Below, in pieces: positions 37,701-51,800 of a DNA stretch of 64,000 bases. The stretch spans positions 8,005,573 through 8,069,572 of the forward strand of contig CM082594.2 of assembly GCA_040954595.2 (NCBI GenBank). The letters are read 5' to 3'. This stretch comes from Balanoglossus misakiensis (taxonomy: Eukaryota; Animalia; Hemichordata). Under the pieces are notes generated by a model. It saw only the letters and a list, made by a program, of their open reading frames with translations. It was not told where the DNA came from and made no database searches. The first letter of the stretch is position 1. The number at the start of each line of letters is the position of its first letter. The translations under genes and the position numbers were made by a program.

Positions 37701-40700
37701 AGTCTGTGCTCCCAATTCATGTGTATAAGCTATAGGGTTACCCCAATCGTACAACAAACAAGCCCAGATTACTCTGGGGATGATGCATCTGTCCTGATCT
37801 TGCCATCTTTGCCAGAGTTCATCTAGGGTCATCCCAACTTCCCAGCGGGGTGGGATGGGTACTAAAGATATATTTTGTTACTGATTCACACCACTTAAAA
37901 ATCATGTGGCTAGACTATTGTCTGTCTGTTGCCCACAGGCATATACTAGGCTCTTACTTTTATTCTTGGTTCCCATGGCAACCAGACAAGAAGGCCTGCA
38001 GGCAATGGTTTCCATGGCAACCCGGTTCACAATGTTCTTATTTTGTAAATGAATTTAACTTTAATTAAAGGTTCTCTTCATTTTAGGTGTATTTCATTTT
38101 TACAATGTGTAATTTTTTAGGTGGCATAACATCATGTAATTCATTCTTACACTAATATACATGAATATTACCCGGTAGTAGACACCAATTTTTCTTCAAA
38201 ATCTTTATCTCTAAGCTACTGATAATATTGATTTGATAGTGAAAACGGGTGTTTGCATAAAATGCCATTTCCTAGCTTTATTGATTCAGTGCAAAGACTA
38301 TTTGTTTGGTAATAGCATCTCCATGGCTGTGTGTAGACCTAGTTTTCCATCGGTTTTCCATCACGATTATTCATGTCTGGGGAATTACTAAGCCAGAGCT
38401 GTAGAGCATGTACGTCTGAATTGAGTGTTTTTCTACATGTTTAAGAAAATTCCTGTGAATGAAACCATCATCAAGATGGCCTTGAGTCACTTCGCTGGTA
38501 TATGGAATTGACTGTACAGATCCATAGAGCCATAAAGAATTCTAGCGTTGGCAGACAATTTGCACTGAAATTGGGGTCAAATTTCTCTGCATCCTCCGTT
38601 AATTAAAGATGCTGCTTCTTTGCTTGAATGTTTTTACATACATGTAATATCGATTTACCAATGTTCCCGACCTCACCAAAACACTGCTATATGTCATTGA
38701 CAATTCGGTGACTTGTTTTTCATGCTTTTTTCAGGTTAGAGTGATGGATTGTTATTTGGTGGAAGGCATTAAAATATTGTACAGAGTTGCCTTGGCGATA
38801 ATCATTCTTTATAAGAAACATATGCAAGGTGAGTAAATAATCAGTCTGTCAGTCTCTCTGTCTGTCTGAGGCTGTTTTTGTCTGCCTAGGTATTTGTGTC
38901 TTTATACAAGTACCATTGACAGTCTCAATTGCAAGATTAAGTTCAGCCTTATATACACATAACATGTTCAGAAAATAGAAAGCTATGGACATTTTGTCAA
39001 TGACAACTGCTGTACATGTACCAACACTACGTACATTGTGGATTGTACTGACAAAGAGGTTTTTACAGCAGTTCAAAGAGCAATAAAAATGTCAGGAATT
39101 TCAGCCTTGATGTTCTCAACATACATGTACATGCATGTGTGGAGACTATCAAGAGAATTTGTTTGCTTAGATTTGCTGGCTGGAGATGTTGATTAAAAAG
39201 CGAGCAGTTTAACACACACACACGCACACAAATAACGGTATATTTGATGTCTTATACACTTTATCAGGAAGTCCACAAAGCAGTTCTGAACCAAATGTAC
39301 AGATGACATCAGTGAAGAATTTTGTCAGCAATATACCAGTAACACCCGTCAAACTTCTCAAGGTAAGGTCTCTGTTTGATTTTTGTAAAAAAAATATTGT
39401 TTTCATCAAAACAACACCCTCTGTGGTCAGATTGGGTATGAGCACATGATCACCTAATATGGATCATTCCACTGTAAGGAAAATTAAAATGATATTTTAA
39501 ACAACTTTTCTCGACAGACATCTTTCAAAATCAAAGGGCTTTCAAGATCAATAATCTACAAATATCAACACAGACATGAAGTAAATCTTAGAAAATCAGG
39601 GGGTCACAAAACTACCACAGATCAAGATAACGTCACACCGTTACAAGTACCACATATCGATTCATCCATTGTCAACCATTCACAGGTAAGGCAGACCACT
39701 GCATAATCTATCATTGAATACAAGCTCTTACCTGAGTATATATACTGCACACAGGGCCCTCACTCACTTATCTACATGTACATGTAAATGTGAATGTTAA
39801 ATGTCCCCAATACATCGACAATTAAACTCATCCTTTTTGCAAACTTCCCAATATCTGTATTAATCAAAGATGGGGACATTTTTGGTTTTGTCTGAAGTCA
39901 AATCAGAATGACAATCTTTCTGATGTCTCCATTGGTCAAGCAGTAATGTTTATCATTATTATTTTTTCTTGATCAGCTGCAAGCAATCTGGCGGTGGCTG
40001 CCCCACAGAATGGCGCTACACAAACCAGTGTTACTTTTCACGACAGAGGAACATGGCAGCTCTATCAAGGCCATGTTTAATAGATGTGAAGAAGAAGAAC
40101 CAACGATACTGCTTGTCAAGACTACTTCAGGAAAGGTGAGTTAATTATTTCAGGATTGCTTGTATCAGTGTGTGGATAGGTCTGCTTGAAAGTTGTAGAA
40201 GTTTATTTAAGCCTTCACCCCTAGTTCCCTCTATAGAAGGTCAACTCTACCATAGAAAACAATAGATTTCGACCAAACCATGGTTGTGAAAGGGTTAACC
40301 TTCTGCAATCTGAGCTCCGTTGACCTATAATATCACTCACACATGTTCTTCCAAGCCAGTGTTTAGTATTGTTCACGTTTATTGATACTGAGGCATTCAC
40401 TATCCTTCATTTAACATTTTTTAGGCATTCGGAAGTTACCTGTCTACAAACTGGGGCGAGCGATTGAGACGGGAGAAAGACAGCTGTTATTTTGGCACCG
40501 GAGAGTGTTTTGTGTTCTCACTGGTACCAGAGGAAGCAAAGTATAGTTGGGTTGGTGTCCATGGTGATACGACATCCCCTGGTTCTTCCTTGTTCATGAG
40601 AGCTGAGTCCGACAGCATTGCTATTGGTGGCGGGTAAGTGTTTGTTTGTATGCTAGTACATCATTCGTTGATTAATTTTTGTAATGCAGGAATGAGCAAA

Positions 40701-40963
40701 TTGGCATCTTCATGTGCTTGTGTATACATTTTTAAACTAGTTTGGATACCCACTTACAGTCAAACCTGTGTTGGTGGCCACCTCTATAAAGTTTGTTTAT
40801 CATTATGTTTTGCAGTGGTGGTGGAGATGCCATCTATATTTACAATGGTTTGGAGAGAGGAATGACTTCGCAGAGTGCAACCTTTGATAACCCTCTGCTT
40901 TGTGAGAGGGATTTCACGTGTCAAGTTGTAGAGGTTATCGGCCTGGCGGACAACGGTCTATGA
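31774..40963 (+). CDS. TBC1D24: TBC1 domain family member 24 / skywalker (TBC + TLDc); ~9 coding exons
   Basis: LKNAIRNGEWPPTHTIRHRLW; HTDITYCPLLPAITSLLLHYM; WMWWIFKYLPF; VMDCYLVEGIKILYRVAL; TLDc IWRWLP..LLFTTEEHGSS, EPTILLVKT, YFGTGECFVF, TFDNPLLC; stop TGA 40961-40963. Confidence 0.93.
33916..33965. repeat. Perfect 25-bp tandem duplication in a TBC1D24 intron
   Basis: tttctgtatatcaggtcacacccat x2. Confidence 0.9.
36488..37090. mobile_element. Non-autonomous DNA transposon/MITE (~600 bp) with TTAA target site; Kolobok-like termini
   Basis: TTAA at 36484-36487 and 37091-37094; 18-bp TIRs AGCCACAGTATTTCTCGT / ACGAGAAATACTGGGGCT (1 mismatch); CpG-richer than the host intron; no transposase ORF. 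Confidence 0.8.
40211..40294. mobile_element. Very short (84 bp) TTAA-flanked MITE-like element with piggyBac-like termini
   Basis: TTAA 40207-40210 and 40295-40298; imperfect inverted ends GCCTTCACCCC / GGTTGTGAAAGGG. Confidence 0.55.
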
Positions 40964-42894
40964 ACACAACTGCCGGGCAAGCTTAGCTGTATCCCTGCCT
41001 CATCAAACCCATCAGATAACCGGTAATGTCGGTGTGGTAATCTTGGATGTCTTGTGTTAGTATCAGCTGCTGAATGAAGGACCTGGAACCAATATCAGCA
41101 TGTTAGGTTTATTTCAGAATTGATTGATGTTGTAATAATAACTACGCATAGGAATGGAAAGATTTGAAGCTCATGTATTTTTTGTCTCGAAAATTTCCAA
41201 CGCCGTATATTCGACCATCAAGCAAGTTCCAAATGTTCAGTTAAATGACGTGGTAGTGAAAAAAAATATAATGCACTGATAATATCAAAGGGAAACAATG
41301 GATTTGCTTCTACCTCATGACACAGTACATTTGGGGGTTTTCTGAACACGGGAATGACATTTTCAGACGAATCATAACCATTTGCTTGTAAATCTGTTGT
41401 ACTGTATGCATTGCCATTTCATATCAATATTTGTTATTACATAACAGAGCAACAATAAGTGCTCTAAGCAATAGAATAATAATATTTAAATCTTAGTCAT
41501 ATGCAATTTTATAGTCCATTTTGACCCCCCCCCCTCCCTGCAAAATAAAAAGATCATGTTAAAGTCTTTGTAAGTTATGCATTTTCTTTTAAATTTAAAG
41601 TAAGAAATATAGGATGACATTACACGTCCAGCTATAGCACTGTGTTTAGATTTCATCCAGTTCTTTCATAGAGCAAATGTGAACATTTTTAGTTTTTTTT
41701 TTGCTTCAAGATTTCATTGTGGCAGCCTTAAAACACTGTAGATACATGTTTTATAGATGTACATATCACGTTATGCAAATATGGTGAGCCAAATTTACAT
41801 TTATTTTTAGCATTGTGTATTTACCACATTGTACATATATTTGAGATACTCTCTCTGTTGGTTTTACTGAGTGTAGATGCCAGCAATTTATTAATAGTGT
41901 AGGCTAGTGTCTGTCCCAAACATAGCATGGCAATAAATTCAGTAAAGCGATCTTGGAATCATTGAATGTATTACAGTTTATAGTGACTGAGAAATGATTT
42001 CTTGCACAGGGCTAATGCTCGAAAACCAGTGTTAGATAATTGTGTCAGATACTTTTATGTGAAAGTTTGTCGACATGTTTAATACATATCCCATGGTGAT
42101 TTTGTTGGTTTTGCAAAAGGTACATGGCAGTCTGGTAAACATCACAAATGGATACATCACAGTGTGTCAGTCATTACAGGCTCGTCAGCGAGTGAGTAAA
42201 TGACATTTTTGATTTCTAAAATGTCTCAGTGTAATTTTCTGTGCATTTAAAATATTTCATGGCAATTTATTTATATAAGAGCATTAGAAATGTCACTCAG
42301 CAAATCGTCTTTACTTTTAAGCCTCATGACATTTTAAATGTCTCATGGTAATTTGACACCAAGTAAATTTCATGTCACACACAGATTTTATGCGCAGTAA
42401 CTTTGAAGAAGATGCATACAAACTTGTTGTAAAACAAATGGTATCCAGTAAGGAAAGCAAGTTATAAAAAATCATTGATGTAAGAGTTGTTGATAACTGA
42501 ACGTGATAATGTGATGCCCCTGCACAAGGCAATAGGGTTATTTGACTGTCAGAATGTTACTTTGTCAGTATAGCAAAAATAGTTTTACTGATTCTATGGA
42601 TTTTATGCTGCATGTCCAGATTAGTGACAGATTACATTGTAGAGCTTGTTTTGTGGCTGTTATGTCAATTTGCTTTTCAACATTAAAAATGTCTCAACTT
42701 TTGCTGCAGTTGTGAATTTCCTGAGTGAATGATACAGTGAGCACCTACTACAAATTAACTGAACCACAATTAAACCAAACATCACTTCCGTGTTGTGCTA
42801 GTTTCAGTTTTAAAAAAATCAGTAGAATTTAAAATATGCAATATATGACATTACTGCCAAAACCAACGTTTCCCGTCCCCTCTTACCGTGGTGC

Positions 42895-45800
42895 TCATGG
42901 ACATTTTTTCGCACTAATCATCAAAAATGACAATTTTTCGACTTTGCGAGTTTTCAAAATTTCTTCATTTTTTGATAAAATTCATGGGTTATAGCTCATG
43001 AAAATCATCAGAAAATGAGAATTTTTCGACTTTGGAAATTTTCGAAATTTGGCCATTTTTGGCGAAAAACCATGGGTTATAGCTCATGAAAATCATCAGA
43101 AAATGACAATTTTTCGACTTTGGGAATTTTCGAAATTTGGCCATTTTTGGCGAAAAACCATGGGTTATAGCTCATGAAAATCATCAGAAAATGACAATTT
43201 TTCGATTTGGGAATTTTCGAAATTTGGCCATTTTTGGCGAAAAACCATGGGTTTAGCTCATGAAAATCATCCAAAAATGAGAATTTTTCGAATTTGCGGA
43301 ATTTCAAAATTTGGCCGATTATTGAAAAAATCATGGGTTATAGCTCATGAAAATAATCCAAAAATGAGAATTTTTCGACTTTGGGGAATTTCAAAATTTC
43401 GCCGATTTTTGAAAAAATCATGGGTTATAGCTCATGAAAATCATCCAAAAATGAGAATTTTTCGACTTTGGGGAATTTCAAAATTTCGCCGATTTTTGAA
43501 AAAATCATGGGTTATAGCTCATGAAAATCATCCAAAAATGAGAATTTTTCGACTTTGGGGAATTTCAAAATTTGGCCGATTTTTGAAAAAATCATGGGTT
43601 ATAGCTCATGAAAATCGTCCAAAAATGAGAATTTTTCGACTTTGGGGAATTTCAAAATTTGGCCGATTTTTGAAAAAATCATGGGTTATAGCTCATGAAA
43701 ATCGTCCAAAAATGAGAATTTTTCGACTTTGGGGAATTTCAAAATTTGGCCGATTTTTGAAAAAATCATGGGTTATAGCTCATGAAAATCGTCCAAAAAT
43801 GAGAATTTTTCGACTTTGGGGAATTTCAAAATTTGGCCGATTTTTGAAAAAATCATGGGTTATAGCTCATGAAAATCGTCCAAAAATGAGAATTTTTCGA
43901 CTTTGGGGAATTTCAAAATTTGGCCGATTTTTGAAAAAATCATGGGTTATAGCTCATGAAAATCGTCCAAAAATGAGAATTTTTCGACTTTGGGGAATTT
44001 CAAAATTTGGCCGATTTTTGAAAAAATCATGGGTTATAGCTCATGAAAATAATCCAAAAATGAGAATTTTTCGACTTTGGGGAATTTCAAAATTTGGCCG
44101 ATTTTTGAAAAAATCATGGGTTATAGCTCATGAAAATCATCCAAAAATGAGAATTTTTCGACTTTGGGGAATTTCAAAATTTGGCCGATTTTTGAAAAAA
44201 TCATGGGTTATAGCTCATGAAAATCATCCAAAAATGAGAATTTTTCGACTTTGGGGAATTTCAAAATTTGGCCGATTTTTGAAAAAATCATGGGTTATAG
44301 CTCATGAAAATCATCCAAAAATGAGAATTTTTCGACTTTGCGGAATTTCAAAATTTGGCCGATTTTTGAAAAAATCATGGGTTATAGCTCATGAAAATCA
44401 TCCAAAAATGAGAATTTTTCGACTTTGGGGAATTTCAAAATTTGGCCGATTTTTGAAAAAATCATGGGTTATAGCTCATGAAAATCGTCCAAAAATGAGA
44501 ATTTTTCGACTTTGGGGAATTTCAAAATTTGGCCGATTTTTGAAAAAATCATGGGTTATAGCTCATGAAAATCGTCCAAAAATGAGAATTTTTCGACTTT
44601 GGGGAATTTCAAAATTTGGCCGATTTTTGAAAAAATCATGGGTTATAGCTCATGAAAATCGTCCAAAAATGAGAATTTTTCGACTTTGGGGAATTTCAAA
44701 ATTTGGCCGATTTTTGAAAAAATCATGGGTTATAGCTCATGAAAATCGTCCAAAAATGAGAATTTTTCGACTTTGGGGAATTTCAAAATTTGGCCGATTT
44801 TTGAAAAAATCATGGGTTATAGCTCATGAAAATAATCCAAAAATGAGAATTTTTCGACTTTGGGGAATTCAAAATTTGGCCGATTTTTGAAAAAATCATG
44901 GGTTATAGCTCATGAAAATCATCCAAAAATGAGAATTTTTCGACTTTGGGGAATTTCAAAATTTGGCCGATTTTTGAAAAAATCATGGGTTATAGCTCAT
45001 GAAAATCATCTAAAAATGAGAATTTTTCGACTTTGGGGAATTTCAAAATTTGGCCGATTTTTGAAAAAATCATGGGTTATAGCTCATGAAAATCATCCAA
45101 AAATGAGAATTTTTCGACTTTGCGGAATTTCAAAATTTGGCCGATTTTTGAAAAAATCATGGGTTATAGCTCATGAAAATCATCCAAAAATGAGAATTTT
45201 TCGACTTTGGGGAATTTCAAAATTTGGCCGATTTTTGAAAAAATCATGGGTTATAGCTCATGAAAATCGTCCAAAAATGAGAATTTTTCGACTTTGGGGA
45301 ATTTCAAAATTTGGCCGATTTTTGAAAAAATCATGGGTTATAGCTCATGAAAATCGTCCAAAAATGAGAATTTTTCGACTTTGGGGAATTTCAAAATTTG
45401 GCCGATTTTTGAAAAAATCATGGGTTATAGCTCATGAAAATCGTCCAAAAATGAGAATTTTTCGACTTTGGGGAATTTCAAAATTTGGCCGGTTTTTGAA
45501 AAAATCATGGGTTATAGCTCATGAAAATCGTCCAAAAATGAGAATTTTTCGACTTTGGGGAATTTCAAAATTTGGCCGGTTTTTCAAAAAATCATGGGTT
45601 ATAGCTCATGAAAATCGTCCAAAAATGAGAATTTTTCGACTTTGGGGAATTTCAAAATTTGGCCGATTTTTGAAAAAATCATGGGTTATAGCTCATGAAA
45701 ATCGTCCAAAAATGAGAATTTTTCGACTTTGGGGAATTTCAAAATTTGGCCGATTTTTGAAAAAATCATGGGTTATAGCTCATGAAAATCATCCAAAAAT

Positions 45801-48800
45801 GAGAATTTTTCGACTTTGCGGAATTTCAAAATTTGGCCGATTTTTGAAAAAATCATGGGTTATAGCTCATGAAAATCGTCCAAAAATGAGAATTTTTCGA
45901 CTTTGCGGAATTTCAAAATTTGGCCGATTTTTGGAAAAAATCATGGGTTATAGCTCATGAAAATCGTCCAAAAATGAGAATTTTTCGACTTTGCGGAATT
46001 TCAAAATTTGGCCGATTTTTGAAAAAATCATGGGTTATAGCTCATGAAAATCGTCCAAAAATGAGAATTTTTCGACTTTGCGGAATTTCAAAATTTGGCC
46101 GATTTTTGAAAAAATCATGGGTTATAGCTCATGAAAATCGTCCAAAAATGAGAATTTTTCGACTTTGGGGAATTTCAAAATTTCGCCGATTTTTGAAAAA
46201 ATCATGGGTTATAGCTCATGAAAATCGTCCAAAAATGAGAATTTTTCGACTTTGCGGAATTTCAAAATTTGGCCGATTTTTGAAAAAATCATGGGTTATA
46301 GCTCATGAAAATCGTCCAAAAATGAGAATTTTTCGACTTTGGGGAATTTCAAAATTTGGCCGATTTTTGAAAAAATCATGGGTTATAGCTCATGAAAATC
46401 ATCCAAAAATGAGAATTTTTCGACTTTGCGGAATTTCAAAATTTGGCCGATTTTTGAAAAAATCATGGGTTATAGCTCATGAAAATCATCCAAAAATGAG
46501 AATTTTTCGACTTTGCGGAATTTCAAAATTTGGCCGATTTTTGAAAAAATCATGGGTTATAGCTCATGAAAATCATCCAAAAATGAGAATTTTTCGACTT
46601 TGCGGAATTTCAAAATTTGGCCGATTTTTGAAAAAATCATGGGTTATAGCTCATGAAAATCATCCAAAAATGAGAATTTTTCGACTTTGCGGAATTTCAA
46701 AATTTGGCCGATTTTTGAAAAAATCATGGGTTATAGCTCATGAAAATCATCCAAAAATGAGATTTTTTCGACTTTGCGGAATTTCAAAATTTGGCCGATT
46801 TTTGAAAAAATCATGGGTTATAGCTCATGAAAATCATCCAAAAATGAGAATTTTTCGACTTTGCGGAATTTCAAAATTTGGCCGATTTTTGAAAAAATCA
46901 TGGGTTATAGCTCATGAAAATCATCCAAAAATGAGAATTTTTCGACTTTGCGGAATTTCAAAATTTGGCCGATTTTTGAAAAAATCATGGGTTATAGCTC
47001 AGGAAAATCATCCAAAAATGAGAATTTTTCGACTTTGCGGAATTTCAAAATTTGGCCGATTTTTGAAAAAATCATGGGTTATAGCTCAGGAAAATCATCC
47101 AAAAATGAGAATTTTTCGACTTTGCGGAATTTCAAAATTTGGCCGATTTTTGAAAAAATCATGGGTTATAGCTCAGGAAAATCATCCAAAAATGAGAATT
47201 TTTCGACTTTGCGGAATTTCAAAATTTGGCCGATTTTTGAAAAAATCATGGGTTATAGCTCATGAAAATCATCCAAAAATGAGATTTTTTTGACTTTGCG
47301 GAATTTCAAAATTTGGCCGATTTTTGAAAAAATCATGGGTTATAGCTCATGAAAATCATCCAAAAATGAGAATTTTTCGACTTTGCGGAATTTCAAAATT
47401 TGGCCGATTTTTGAAAAAATCATGGGTTATAGCTCATGAAAATCATCCAAAAATGAGAATTTTTCGACTTTGCGGAATTTCAAAATTTGGCCGATTTTTG
47501 AAAAAATCATGGGTTATAGCTCATGAAAATCATCCAAAAATGAGAATTTTTCGACTTTGCGGAATTTCAAAATTTGGCCGATTTTTGAAAAAATCATGGG
47601 TTATAGCTCAGGAAAATCATCCAAAAATGAGAATTTTTCGACTTTGCGGAATTTCAAAATTTGGCCGATTTTTGAAAAAATCATGGGTTATAGCTCATGA
47701 AAATCATCCAAAAATGAGAATTTTTCGACTTTGCGGAATTTCAAAATTTGGCCGATTTTTGAAAAAATCATGGGTTATAGCTCATGAAAATCATCCAAAA
47801 ATGAGAATTTTTCGACTTTGCGGAATTTCAAAATTTGGCCGATTTTTGAAAAAATCATGGGTTAAAGCTCATGAAAATCATCCAAAAATGAGAATTTTTC
47901 GACTTTGCGGAATTTCAAAATTTGGCCGATTTTTGAAAAAATCATGGGTTATAGCTCATGAAAATCATCCAAAAATGAGAATTTTTCGACTTTGCGGAAT
48001 TTCAAAATTTGGCCGATTTTTGAAAAAATCATGGGTTATAGCTCAGGAAAATCATCCAAAAATGAGAATTTTTCGACTTTGCGGAATTTCAAAATTTGGC
48101 CGATTTTTGAAAAAATCATGGGTTATAGCTCATGAAAATCATCCAAAAATGAGAATTTTTCGACTTTGCGGAATTTCAAAATTTGGCCGATTTTTGAAAA
48201 AATCATGGGTTATAGCTCATGAAAATCATCCAAAAATGAGATTTTTTCGACTTTGCGGAATTTCAAAATTTGGCCGATTTTTGAAAAAATCATGGGTTAT
48301 AGCTCATGAAAATCGTCCAAAAATGAGAATTTTTCGACTTTGCGGAATTTCAAAATTTGGCCGATTTTTGAAAAAATCATGGGTTATAGCTCATGAAAAT
48401 CGTCCAAAAATGAGAATTTTTCGACTTTGGGGAATTTCAAAATTTCGCCGATTTTTGAAAAAATCATGGGTTATAGCTCATGAAAATCGTCCAAAAATGA
48501 GAATTTTTCGACTTTGCGGAATTTCAAAATTTGGCCGATTTTTGAAAAAATCATGGGTTATAGCTCATGAAAATCGTCCAAAAATGAGAATTTTTCGACT
48601 TTGGGGAATTTCAAAATTTGGCCGATTTTTGAAAAAATCATGGGTTATAGCTCATGAAAATCATCCAAAAATGAGAATTTTTCGACTTTGCGGAATTTCA
48701 AAATTTGGCCGATTTTTGAAAAAATCATGGGTTATAGCTCATGAAAATCATCCAAAAATGAGAATTTTTCGACTTTGCGGAATTTCAAAATTTGGCCGAT

Positions 48801-51800
48801 TTTTGAAAAAATCATGGGTTATAGCTCATGAAAATCATCCAAAAATGAGAATTTTTCGACTTTGCGGAATTTCAAAATTTGGCCGATTTTTGAAAAAATC
48901 ATGGGTTATAGCTCATGAAAATCATCCAAAAATGAGAATTTTTCGACTTTGCGGAATTTCAAAATTTGGCCGATTTTTGAAAAAATCATGGGTTATAGCT
49001 CATGAAAATCATCCAAAAATGAGATTTTTTCGACTTTGCGGAATTTCAAAATTTGGCCGATTTTTGAAAAAATCATGGGTTATAGCTCATGAAAATCATC
49101 CAAAAATGAGAATTTTTCGACTTTGCGGAATTTCAAAATTTGGCCGATTTTTGAAAAAATCATGGGTTATAGCTCATGAAAATCATCCAAAAATGAGAAT
49201 TTTTCGACTTTGCGGAATTTCAAAATTTGGCCGATTTTTGAAAAAATCATGGGTTATAGCTCAGGAAAATCATCCAAAAATGAGAATTTTTCGACTTTGC
49301 GGAATTTCAAAATTTGGCCGATTTTTGAAAAAATCATGGGTTATAGCTCAGGAAAATCATCCAAAAATGAGAATTTTTCGACTTTGCGGAATTTCAAAAT
49401 TTGGCCGATTTTTGAAAAAATCATGGGTTATAGCTCAGGAAAATCATCCAAAAATGAGAATTTTTCGACTTTGCGGAATTTCAAAATTTGGCCGATTTTT
49501 GAAAAAATCATGGGTTATAGCTCATGAAAATCATCCAAAAATGAGATTTTTTTGAATTTGCGGAATTTCAAAATTTGGCCGATTTTTGAAAAAATCATGG
49601 GTTATAGCTCATGAAAATCATCCAAAAATGAGAATTTTTCGACTTTGCGGAATTTCAAAATTTGGCCGATTTTTGAAAAAATCATGGGTTATAGCTCAGG
49701 AAAATCATCCAAAAATGAGAATTTTTCGACTTTGCGGAATTTCAAAATTTGGCCGATTTTTGAAAAAATCATGGGTTATAGCTCATGAAAATCATCCAAA
49801 AATGAGAATTTTTCGACTTTGCGGAATTTCAAAATTTGGCCGATTTTTGAAAAAATCATGGGTTATAGCTCATGAAAATCATCCAAAAATGAGAATTTTT
49901 CGACTTTGCGGAATTTCAAAATTTGGCCGATTTTTGAAAAAATCATGGGTTATAGCTCATGAAAATCATCCAAAAATGAGAATTTTTCGACTTTGCGGAA
50001 TTTCAAAATTTGGCCGATTTTTGAAAAAATCATGGGTTATAGCTCATGAAAATCATCCAAAAATGAGAATTTTTCGACTTTGCGGAATTTCAAAATTTGG
50101 CCGATTTTTGAAAAAATCATGGGTTAAAGCTCATGAAAATCATCCAAAAATGAGAATTTTTCGACTTTGCGGAATTTCAAAATTTGGCCGATTTTTGAAA
50201 AAATCATGGGTTATAGCTCATGAAAATCATCCAAAAATGAGAATTTTTCGACTTTGCGGAATTTCAAAATTTGGCCGATTTTTGAAAAAATCATGGGTTA
50301 TAGCTCAGGAAAATCATCCAAAAATGAGAATTTTTCGACTTTGCGGAATTTCAAAATTTGGCCGATTTTTGAAAAAATCATGGGTTATAGCTCATGAAAA
50401 TCATCCAAAAATGAGAATTTTTCGACTTTGCGGAATTTCAAAATTTGGCCGATTTTTGAAAAAATCATGGGTTATAGCTCATGAAAATCATCCAAAAATG
50501 AGATTTTTTCGACTTTGCGGAATTTCAAAATTTGGCCGATTTTTGAAAAAATCATGGGTTATAGCTCATGAAAATCATCCAAAAATGAGAATTTTTCGAC
50601 TTTGCGGAATTTCAAAATTTGGCCGATTTTTGAAAAAATCATGGGTTATAGCTCATGAAAATCATCCAAAAATGAGAATTTTTCGACTTTGCGGAATTTC
50701 AAAATTTGGCCGATTTTTGAAAAAATCATGGGTTATAGCTCATGAAAATCATCCAAAAATGAGAATTTTTCGACTTTGCGGAATTTCAAAATTTGGCCGA
50801 TTTTTGAAAAAATCATGGGTTATAGCTCATGAAAATCATCCAAAAATGAGAATTTTTCGACTTTGCGGAATTTCAAAATTTGGCCGATTTTTGAAAAAAT
50901 CATGGGTTATAGCTCATGAAAATCATCCAAAAATGAGAATTTTTCGACTTTGGGGAATTTCAAAATTTGGCCGATTTTTGAAAAAATCATGGGTTATAGC
51001 TCATGAAAATCATCCAAAAATGAGAATTTTTCGACTTTGCGGAATTTCAAAATTTGGCCGATTTTTGAAAAAATCATGGGTTATAGCTCATGAAAATCAT
51101 CCAAAAATGAGAATTTTTCGACTTTGCGGAATTTCAAAATTTGGCCGATTTTTGAAAAAATCATGGGTTATAGCTCATGAAAATCATCCAAAAATGAGAA
51201 TTTTTCGACTTTGCGGAATTTCAAAATTTGGCCGATTTTTGAAAAAATCATGGGTTAAAGCTCATGAAAATCATCCAAAAATGAGAATTTTTCGACTTTG
51301 CGGAATTTCAAAATTTGGCCGATTTTTGAAAAAATCATGGGTTATAGCTCATGAAAATCATCCAAAAATGAGAATTTTTCGACTTTGCGGAATTTCAAAA
51401 TTTGGCCGATTTTTGAAAAAATCATGGGTTATAGCTCAGGAAAATCATCCAAAAATGAGAATTTTTCGACTTTGCGGAATTTCAAAATTTGGCCGATTTT
51501 TGAAAAAATCATGGGTTATAGCTCATGAAAATCATCCAAAAATGAGAATTTTTCGACTTTGCGGAATTTCAAAATTTGGCCGATTTTTGAAAAAATCATG
51601 GGTTATAGCTCATGAAAATCATCCAAAAATGAGATTTTTTCGACTTTGCGGAATTTCAAAATTTGGCCGATTTTTGAAAAAATCATGGGTTATAGCTCAT
51701 GAAAATCATCCAAAAATGAGAATTTTTCGACTTTGCGGAATTTCAAAATTTGGCCGATTTTTGAAAAAATCATGGGTTATAGCTCATGAAAATCATCCAA

